Assembly: GCA_964016885.1 (NCBI GenBank)
Contig: OZ024759.1
Coordinates: 15,562,001-15,626,000, forward strand
Direction of reading: 5' to 3'
Length of the DNA: 64,000 nt
Origin: Eledone cirrhosa
Taxonomy: Eukaryota
A program made the position numbers and the translations under genes. Below, piece after piece: positions 53,916-64,000 of the stretch; positions within the stretch are counted from its first letter, which is position 1, and each line of letters starts with the position of its first letter. The notes under the pieces are model-generated. The model was not told where the DNA came from, searched no databases, and saw only the letters and a list, made by a program, of their open reading frames with translations.

Positions 53916-54015
53916 ACACACACACACACACATACGTGTATATATATATATAAACACACACACACACATACACACACGTGTATATATATATATATATAAA
54001 CACACACACACATTA

Positions 54016-54066
<51 letters not shown>

Positions 54067-54400
54067 CGAGTGAGGGATGGGTGTAAAAATATATTTCCAT
54101 TTACATCAGTCTTTTTTTTCCTGTTCACTGTACATAGTTCCTATTATATAATAAATAATATACTAGAAAATACAATAAAATGAAATAAAATATTATAAAA
54201 TAGACTTATAAAAAAAACATGACATAAAAGTCATATATAAATGAAGAAAAAATATATTTATCTTGCCGTAAAGACTGATATCGAATACCTGTGACGACTT
54301 AATCAAAGCAAACTCAATAAGCCGCATACCTTTATAAATATAAATGCGATTGCGCTTGTGCGCTTATATTAATACATACCTACATGTGATTGTGTGTGTG

Positions 54401-54470
<70 letters not shown>

Positions 54471-54872
54471 GTGTGCGTGTGCGAGTATTTAAACATTTAA
54501 GTATATGTATGCCGCGTATATATATATATATATTAAACATTTACGTATATTTATGCGTATATGTATATATATATATATACATATATATATATACATGTAT
54601 ACATATATATATATATATACATATATATATGCATATACATATATATATGCATATACATATATATATATATATGTATGTATATATTAAATATCTACGTATA
54701 AATTTATCTTAAAAACATTTACATATGGGGAGGTGTACACACGCTGCACGTATAAATAAATATAATGTATTAATTTATGTATACATAAATACAGTTGATA
54801 TCCTACATAGACACATACACATTGATGTATGTATATTATTTAGGTAGACAGATATATAGATAGATAGATATA

Positions 54873-54948
54873 TTTATTTGCCACAGGGTGGTACAAAAAT
54901 GGGACATTACAAGACGTGACGGCGGGGGTTTTACATAAAAATAACTTT
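54873..54948 (-). mobile_element. Tx1 3'-terminal stub
   Basis: The end motif tttatttgccacagggtg... abuts (GATA)n. Confidence 0.7.
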
Positions 54949-54957
54949 AAGATAGAT

Positions 54958-56617
54958 TTCTTTATTTGCCACAAGGGCGCACAAGAAATGAGGATAATAC
55001 AAAGACATATGCCGGGGATTTTACATACAGTCGTGTAAAAATATTGAAACAAACAAATTTAACAATCGAAATCTCCAATAGAGGTGTGGGGTGCCACAAA
55101 TGGGTTGTTTAATACCCTGTCGATGGAACAACCCTCAACTTCAGGAGCTTGTTGTACAAGTGCTCCTTTCTTCCTTTTGCTCTTCTTCAACCTACAGGTT
55201 TATATACAGAGAAGGCCCAATCACTCGGGCCATTTTGCTACATTCACCCACCTTTCAGTAAATTTACTAGGGTGCTGTGCCTCTCTCTTCACCCTCATTC
55301 TCCTTCTAAAGTGGTACCTAAAGAAGGGAATGGGTTGTTGTCCGGAGAGAAAGGCATCTGTCCTCAGTCCTCTCAATTTCGTCCACCATATAACCTCTTT
55401 CTCCATAGATACTATACAGAGGAAAACCGCCTCTCTTTCGTTTTTGAAAGAAGTTGGTGGTTTGATCCTTACTATGGACTCGGCAGTCAACTGTATTTGT
55501 CCCATACGCGACAGCAGTTGTTCTGCGTAGTTCCGCAGGTCAGTTACGCCCGGGCAGTGTACAATTGCGTGCAAGATGCTTTCAATGTCCTACTTGCATC
55601 TTGGACACGTCCTCTTGGAAGGATCCCTGCCGGGGGTGTCCGTGCCAGGGTGTCCTCCGTTCTGTACGTGCTGACTCTGGAGCCACTACTGCAGAAGTTG
55701 GAGCTGCTGCAAGGCATCCCGTTGGAACTGGGACTGCAGAAAGCGGCGTCGGCTTATGCTGACGAGGTGACAGCAATGGTCGGAAACCTCGGAAATCGAC
55801 GCCTAGAGTCTCTCCGAGCAATTTCAGCGGTCCGTCCACCAGCATCCGACGACGCTGTCGGACGGCATCGGTTTGCCTCTCCACGTTTCGAGTTGCAAAC
55901 CGACAGGCTTGTCCGGGTTCAGTTTTGCTCCTGCGAGCCTTTCGTATTCCTGCAGTATGTTGCTGATCGCCCCTATTTCCGAGGTTTCCGACCATTAGTG
56001 TCACGACGCCGCTTTCCGCAGTCCCGGTTCCAACGGGATGCCTTGCAGCTCCAACTTCCGCAGTAGTGGCTCCAGAGTCAGCACGTACAGAATGGAGGAG
56101 AGAGGGCATCCCTGGCGGATGGAACGCGTGATTGCGAACGGTTCCGATAGGTAACCGTTCACCTTGACCGTCGAGCAGATGTTGGTGTGCATTGCAGCGA
56201 TCCAGTCTGTGAAGACGGGTCCGAAATCGGCTGCCTTGAGAACCGCTTCCAAGTATCGATGGTCGACCCTCTGGAACGCCTTAGACCGATCTAAATTGAT
56301 CAGAGCCCCACTGAAGCCGGGTTTACACCCCACCCTCTCTATGAAGTGTCGCATGAGGTGCAGGTTGTCGTGTGTGGACCTGGTCGGGATTGCACACGTT
56401 TGCGCTTTTCCTACCAGGTTCTCGATAACAAGCGCCAACCTCGTTGCCAACACCATGGCCAAAATCTTTAACTCTGTGTTGGACAGGGGTGTGGACCGAA
56501 AGTTGCATAGTTCGTGCCCCTTGTTTACGTCTTTCCTGATCAGCGTTACTACACCCTTGCCTGCAGAACTGGGAATTTTCCAGTTCTGCTGCCAGTTGCA
56601 GCAGACGGCTTCGAGGA
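54958..56617 (-). mobile_element. Rearranged L1/Tx1 LINE with RT domain
   Basis: RT motifs KILAMVLATRL, QTCAIPTRSTHDN, LINLDRSKAFQRVDH and SIRQGCPLS, plus the 3' end. Carries internal deletions and an inverted RT duplicate at 55640-55796. Confidence 0.92.
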
Positions 56618-56619
56618 TG

Positions 56620-56659
<40 letters not shown>

Positions 56660-56667
56660 TGATAGAT

Positions 56668-57446
56668 TTCTTTATTTACCATAAAGGCATAAAAAGAAGG
56701 GACAAATACAAAGGGGGAGTTTACATATAATCGAGTAAAAAGGGTGTAACATGAAAATAATCGAAAATAACCTCAAAAGGGAGGGGACGTGATGGGGGTT
56801 GCACACACCCCCGAAAACGTGTGCAATCCTTTGCCCGGGGAGCACATGGAGAAGGTGCTCCCCTCTCCTTTACTTCTTTACCTACAGGATGGTATACAGA
56901 GAAGGCCCATTTACACGAGCCATTCTCGCCACTATCACCCACCTTTCATAAAACTGCCTGTGGCCAAGCACCTCTCTCTCCATTCTTATCCTTCTTCCGA
57001 AGTGATATCGGAAGAAGTAGACCAGACTATGGCCAGAGAGGAAGTTGCCTGACCTCAGACCTTTCAATCGTGTCCACCAAACAACCTCTTTCAACATGGC
57101 TATTACGCACAGAAAAACCGCCTTTGCTTCCTTTGTGAAGAGGGGAGGCGGTTTGATTGTCATCACGGACTCGGCGGTCAATTTAATCGGCGCCACCCGC
57201 GACAGCAGTTGTTCGGCGTAGCCCCACAGATCAGCCACGCCCGGACATTGCACCAATGCGTGCGCTACGGTTTCTTCGTGACGCACGCATCTAGGGCAAA
57301 TCTTTTTTGAGGGATCCCTGCCCGGGCGCCCGTGTCTGTAGAGCCTCTCTCGAACGGGTAGAGCCCCTCGGTAGCACTGCCAGGCCAGTGACTTCTGGAA
57401 GTTGTCCATTGGTCCTGGGCCGAAAGTCCTACCGAACAGGCTGGCC
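56668..57446 (-). mobile_element. L1/Tx1 LINE 3' end, open zf-RVT frame, 15-bp TSD
   Basis: 188-aa frame with CPRC...EETVAHALVQC. The sequence atagatatgatagat lies at 56653-56667 and 57447-57461. Confidence 0.93.
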
Positions 57447-57454
57447 ATAGATAT

Positions 57455-57486
<32 letters not shown>

Positions 57487-57619
57487 TTTGATATAGAATA
57501 GTGGTATCTTCTATAGTGGACTATACTTTTATCATATATACATTCACACAACCGTATATATGTCGGTCAAGATGTAAAAATATATTAACACATCGTTAAC
57601 TGTACGCAAGCACACAGAA

Positions 57620-57653
<34 letters not shown>

Positions 57654-57666
57654 CATATATCTACAT

Positions 57667-57893
57667 CTAGGCCGGGTAAAATCCCCGAGATCCATGGACG
57701 AGTTCTCTCCAGCGGTCTCTGTCCCTGATTATCGCTGCCATGTCCTGCGTCTCCAACGGACCAGTGTCTGTCCTTAGGGCATCAACATACCTTGGTCTTC
57801 CTCTTCCAGTGTATCCATGTAGGTGCTCCCACAGGAGCACTGAGTGCAATGTCAACTCTGGATGTCGGTGAGCATGACCAGCTAACCTCAGTT
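57667..57893 (-). mobile_element. RTE-type LINE 3' end
   Basis: RLAGHAHRHPEL.LHSVLLWE..HG..GRGRP.YVDALRTDTG...RDRDRWRELV. Confidence 0.85.
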
Positions 57894-58072
57894 ACATATA
57901 TATAGAGAAATACATATATATACATATACATACATACATATATATATATATACACACATATATGCATGGGTACCTGTGTATGTGTGTGCATGTATGTGTA
58001 TATGTAAATATATTTGTGAACATATATTTATACATATACATATATACATATCCGTGAATAAATACATGCGTG

Positions 58073-58120
<48 letters not shown>

Positions 58121-58424
58121 CATGTATACACATATACACATACATATATAACGGCACGGTACACATGACGGTAGTTAAAAGTAGATATGATATACTTTCA
58201 TTCACCTGCCTACTACCATACACTAATTTCCTATTGTATGTATCAATAGATTTACTATCGTTAATGGGATACAATTTCGAAGTTATAAGTTATTGTAACA
58301 ATAGCTTAACATATATTTCTCTATCGATTTTTTTTATAGTTAATACAAACGTTTAGTATTTATTTAGGATTTATTTAAGATTTTTTTAGGATTTTTTTCT
58401 TTGCCTGACTTTTTTACGCTTTCT

Positions 58425-58506
<82 letters not shown>

Positions 58507-58527
58507 TGTGTGTATATATATATATTG

Positions 58528-58559
<32 letters not shown>

Positions 58560-58622
58560 GTGTGAGTGTGTGTCTATGTGTATGTATGTATATATGCGTA
58601 GGCATGTATATGTATATATATG

Positions 58623-58653
<31 letters not shown>

Positions 58654-59014
58654 GTGTATGTGTGTGAGTGTGTGTCTGTGTATGTATGTATATGTACATA
58701 CATACATATATACACAATATGTATGTATGAATACGTAGGCATGTATATGTATATATATGTATATGTATGTACATTTATATATATGTATATATATATATGT
58801 ATGTATATATATATATGTATATATATATGTATGTGTGTGTAAGTATATGTGTGCATACGTGTATGTGTATATGTAAGTATATGTGTGTATATGTATGCAT
58901 ATATATATATAGGTATGTGTGTGTGTATATATATATATATACAAATATAAACATACACAAATATACCTATAAATGTACATACACACGTATACGTACATAT
59001 AAATACGCACCCAC

Positions 59015-59055
<41 letters not shown>

Positions 59056-59131
59056 TATATACAAGTATATGTATGTTTATACGTATTTGTGTAGGCATAC
59101 ATGCATATGTGTATGTATCTGTGTATATATT

Positions 59132-59178
<47 letters not shown>

Positions 59179-59339
59179 GGATGCATGTGTGTGACTTTAT
59201 CATGAATATATATTCATCCCTTACTATATTTATATATATATATTTACACACACATACATATATATACACACACACATATACTTACAGACATATATATATA
59301 TATACATACATACATATATATATATATATACATACATAT

Positions 59340-59645
59340 ATGGTGGCTGCCAACTCGTTTTCGAGTACGGCCTCTACTTCTATATCCATGTAGGAGAACC
59401 CCTACCAATGCTCTGAACGAGTGTGACTTTTTAGTCCAGCCAGCGACTTGAAAACTCTGGTACAAACACTACACTTGTGACAATCATTGACACATAGTGC
59501 TGGGCCCATGGTACCGTGTGATGACAAGTGCAGAGAGATCTTCAGATATAAAGCAATGCCTGTGCCGTGAAGCTTTTATAGTGAGCAAAGGCACTGCACA
59601 AAGCCAGTCCCACTCTCTTAACCAAGATGATATTTACCAAAAAGA
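59340..59645 (-). mobile_element. Second copy of the RTE-related zinc-finger-tail element
   Basis: Reverse-complement match to 7228-7532. Confidence 0.75.
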
Positions 59646-59888
59646 ACAAGTCAACATCATTGGATACCATCAGGGTTGCAGGTGTTATATCAGTGTTTTC
59701 CTTCTCCTAGAATTCTGCCTTGACAAAGGCTAAGGGGTCATCTCTCCCGGTGATTTTGGATGGCCATTGACTCTTAAGAGCTCCTTTGCCCTTTGACAGG
59801 TTTTGTTTTTAGTCCTGCAGGATGTCCAAAGTCACCCTCCTCACCAAGAAACCTGGGGGGGGGGGTACTGGGATAATATATATATATA

Positions 59889-59924
<36 letters not shown>

Positions 59925-59996
59925 TATATTCACATGTATACACACACAATTATTATGTCATAGTATTTATTGTTATCACGTTCCTTTTTATTGATC

Positions 59997-60030
<34 letters not shown>

Positions 60031-60607
60031 TGTGTGTGTGTATGTGTGTGTGTGTCTACTCTATTATGTGTGCCATCATATATACATGTGGGTATGCCTG
60101 TGAGCCTATATAGGTCTATATGGTTATGTGTATGTCTATTGATCTGTGTGCTTTTGTATTAATGTGTGTTGTTATGTGAGTGTGCGTACGTGATTGCAAT
60201 GATGTGTGTGTGTGTGCATAATTGTATTTACCTGTGTGTGCATGTGTATGTGTGAGTGTATATATATATATATATGCATGTGTGCGTGTATGTGTGCATA
60301 AATGTATGTGTGTGCATGTGTGTGTATCTATGTGTGTATATATATATATGTGTGTATGTATATGTGTTGTATGTGTATGTGTGTATATGTGTATGCATGT
60401 ATGTGTGTATGTATATGTGTGTATGTGTATGAATGTGTGGGTATGTGTGTGTATGTGTGTGTATGTGTGTGTGGGTATGTGTGAGTATGTGTGTGTATGT
60501 GTGTGTGTGTGTCTATTTGTCTGTCTGCTTATTTAATTAGGTTTATTAGATTTATGTGCACTTAAATGATTGTGTGTAGCCCCTATTCAGATAGCTACAT
60601 ACACAAT

Positions 60608-60657
<50 letters not shown>

Positions 60658-60826
60658 CATAAACATATTTATATATATATATATTTACACGTGTGTGTGT
60701 GCGCGCGCGCACATAGAGATACAGAGATATATAAGTATGTATATGTGAGTGCTTCTGTATACGTCTAGCTCCTCAAGATTAAATACATAAATATGTATAT
60801 ATATATTTAAATGTATACCTATATAA

Positions 60827-60862
<36 letters not shown>

Positions 60863-61177
60863 CTATATATATATATATATATACGTAGTTACATATTCAT
60901 ATATTACATATATACACAGACACACATATATTTATATATTTACAGATAGATATATGCACAAAATAGAATGATTGATTATATAATACAGATGAATGCATAC
61001 GTATATACCAACATATATATATATACCCAGACATATATACATATGAATGCGCACACATATACATCTATATATAAATGTGTGTGTGTTTGTGTATATATTT
61101 ATAAATATATATATGTCTGTATGTGTATGCGTGTATGTATGTGTTTGTTTGTGTATATATATATATATATGTGTGTC

Positions 61178-61234
<57 letters not shown>

Positions 61235-61397
61235 CATACATACATATGTATATATACATACATATATATATATATACATACATATATATATATATATATA
61301 TACATACATACATATGTATATATACATACATATATATATACATACATATATACATACATATATATATGTATACACATATATATATATATATATACAC

Positions 61398-61446
<49 letters not shown>

Positions 61447-61463
61447 CATATATATATATACAC

Positions 61464-61496
<33 letters not shown>

Positions 61497-61497
61497 C

Positions 61498-61544
<47 letters not shown>

Positions 61545-61545
61545 C

Positions 61546-61609
<64 letters not shown>

Positions 61610-61950
61610 ATATATATATATACGTATATGTGTGTGTGTATCTATGTGTATGTGTGTCTGTTATATATATTTATATATTTAGGCGTCTGTGTGTTTGTGT
61701 ATGTATTTATATATGTGTGTGTTTGTGTATATATTTATAAATATATATGTCTGTCTGTGTGTGTATGCGTGTATGTGTGTGTTTGTGTATATATTTATAA
61801 ATATATATATATGTCTGTGTATGTATGTGTATGTGTGTCTGATATATATATTTATATATTTAGGCGTCTCTGTGTTTGTGTATGTATTTATATATGTGTG
61901 TGTTTGTATATATATATATATATATAGGTGTGTGTGTGTGTGTTTGTGTG

Positions 61951-61983
<33 letters not shown>

Positions 61984-62149
61984 GTGTGTGTGTAACGATC
62001 TATTAAACAAATAACTACGACGACGCTATATCTCCTGTCAAAATGGCGGCTCATTATACATTAGACATAAACCAGAACGACAGATAGTCACAATGACAGA
62101 GACAAAAAGTAAAAGACAGTCTTGCTATTCATTTTAACTGAAATAAAGA

Positions 62150-63332
62150 ATCATACCACCGCCACTGCCATCACCACTGCCACCACACCTACCTTCTCCA
62201 CCACTGCCATCACTACTACTATCACCATTACCTCCTTCACCACCACCGCCATCAACACTATAACCACATCTTCCTTCGCCACCACCGCGGCCGCTACCGC
62301 ATGTTTCGTAGCCACCACCACCAACACATCTTCCTTCGCCACCACTGCCCCACCACTACTACCACTTCCTCTTTCTTCGCCACCACTGCCATCACCGCTC
62401 CCACCAACACATCTTCCTTCGACACCACTGCCACCCCTACTACCACTTCCTCTTTCTTAGCCACCACTGCCATCACCACCACCAACATCTTCCTTCGCCC
62501 CCACTGCCACCACTTCTACCACTTCCTCTTTCTTAGCCACCACTGCCATCACCACGACCACTACCATCACATCTTCCTTCGCCACCACTACTACCACTCC
62601 CTCTTTCTTAGCCACCACTGCCATCACCACCACCACTACCATCACAACTACCTTCGCCACCACTGCCACCACTACCAGTACGAACACAATCATCAGCAGC
62701 AATATCACCACCGTTGCCACCACCAACATCACCACCACTCCACCACAAATACTACCAACACAATCATCACCAGCACTATCACAACCGTTACCACTACCAT
62801 CCACACCAGCACTGACATCACCGACACTCCACCACTGCCACCATCACCACCTCTAACGACACCATAACTACCACCAACATCACCATCACCAACATCACCA
62901 CTAACACCGCACCACCATCACCACCCCACCATTACCAACATCACCCTACGACCACCACCACTAACAAGACCACCACTACTACCAACATCACCCCCACCAC
63001 CACTACGACCAACACTACCACTGCCTCCATCTCTAACAACACTACCACCAACATCACCACTAACAACACCGTCACCACCACTAACAAGACCACCACTAAC
63101 AACACCATCACCACCACTAACAAGACCACCACTAACAACACCTTCACCACCACTAACAAGACCACCACTACCACCAACAAGACCACCACTGCCACCAACA
63201 ACACCATCACTACCACCACCATCACCAACACTACCATCACCATCACCAACACTACCATCACCACCTCTACCACCAACACCACTACCACTAACCAACAACA
63301 CCATCTCTACCACCAACATCACCATCATCACT
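62150..63332. repeat. Degenerate (CAC/CAA/CAT)n trinucleotide low-complexity tract
   Basis: Direct reading, with internal 30-60 bp sub-repeats. Confidence 0.92.
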
Positions 63333-64000
63333 AAAATATCTGAAAAAAAATAAATAACAATAATTCTAGTCGACATGACGCAACATGCTTTATTGATTCG
63401 ATATAGTGATTCTAGTCATTCTGAAATAAAAAGAGACGAAGGAATCGAAAAACCGAACAGCGTCCTAAATTGAATAAGGAAGATTTATGTCGGCGGCTTC
63501 ATTTTCTTTTCTATTCTTGTATTTTTCTTAAAAAATAAAATAAATTTGTCTCAGAAAGTTGGTCATAGCAATGGCCGTCGGATAGCTCTATCCGCTTCAC
63601 AAACGACTCTCTTCACGGTTGTGAATTAATTATTTAATTTTCAGACTACTTGTGCATGTAGCTTTTCGATCATTAGATTTAAGAGTTGATCGACTTCTGG
63701 TGACTCAAATTTGGTAGAGGGTAACTACACAGAGTTCCATTCGTGATTACTTCGTTATTTTACTTATGAGGTAGACTTTAAAATGTCTATAGTCTAAAGT
63801 TGAGTACGAAGGTTCATCAGGCTGATGCTTAACCCGGGTTCCATGATTAGTCGCTGGTAATACACTGCACATCTCCCGTCAATCTATGATGGGTTTGTAG
63901 TAGATTGGAGTAAAACACAATCAGTAAAACAGTAATGGAATGAAAAATAGAAACATTGTTATAGTTAAAGCCTTACACTTACGCTATACACTTCAATCAC

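Noticed and set aside
55149-56066. 305-aa plus-strand ORF as a novel RT gene
   Set aside because: A chance read-through of antisense Tx1 sequence and a short inverted RT piece.
62122-62867. Mucin-like Thr/His-rich ORFs
   Set aside because: Degenerate trinucleotide tract open in several frames, with frameshifts and no clear start or splice support.

Overview
Repeat-saturated, AT-rich eukaryotic DNA with no intact protein-coding gene. The SINE and LINE repertoire and the (TA)n/(TG)n/(GA)n load suggest an octopus or other cephalopod (inference). Nearly all long ORFs in the supplied track are microsatellite or satellite artefacts. Recognisable content: 5'-truncated L1/Tx1 and RTE LINE fragments, two tRNA-derived SINE families, a hAT MITE, a non-autonomous Helitron, SINE-head tandem arrays and a ~12 kb purine-rich 12/13-mer satellite (39.2-51.1 kb). 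The main signal is a dense population of short non-coding elements, most likely Penelope-like pLTR relics, mostly sitting in (TA)n tracts. About 20 of them carry both core boxes of a type I hammerhead ribozyme (CTGANGA...GAAA), some decayed, spread over roughly 8 sequence families with covarying stems. Many form head-to-head inverted pairs with a ribozyme on each strand. Otherwise unrelated families also share a bulged hairpin (YACTC-stem-loop-stem-TY-GAGTR) about 40-70 nt from the 3' end, which I do not recognise as described. All folds were read by eye; no folding or database search was run.
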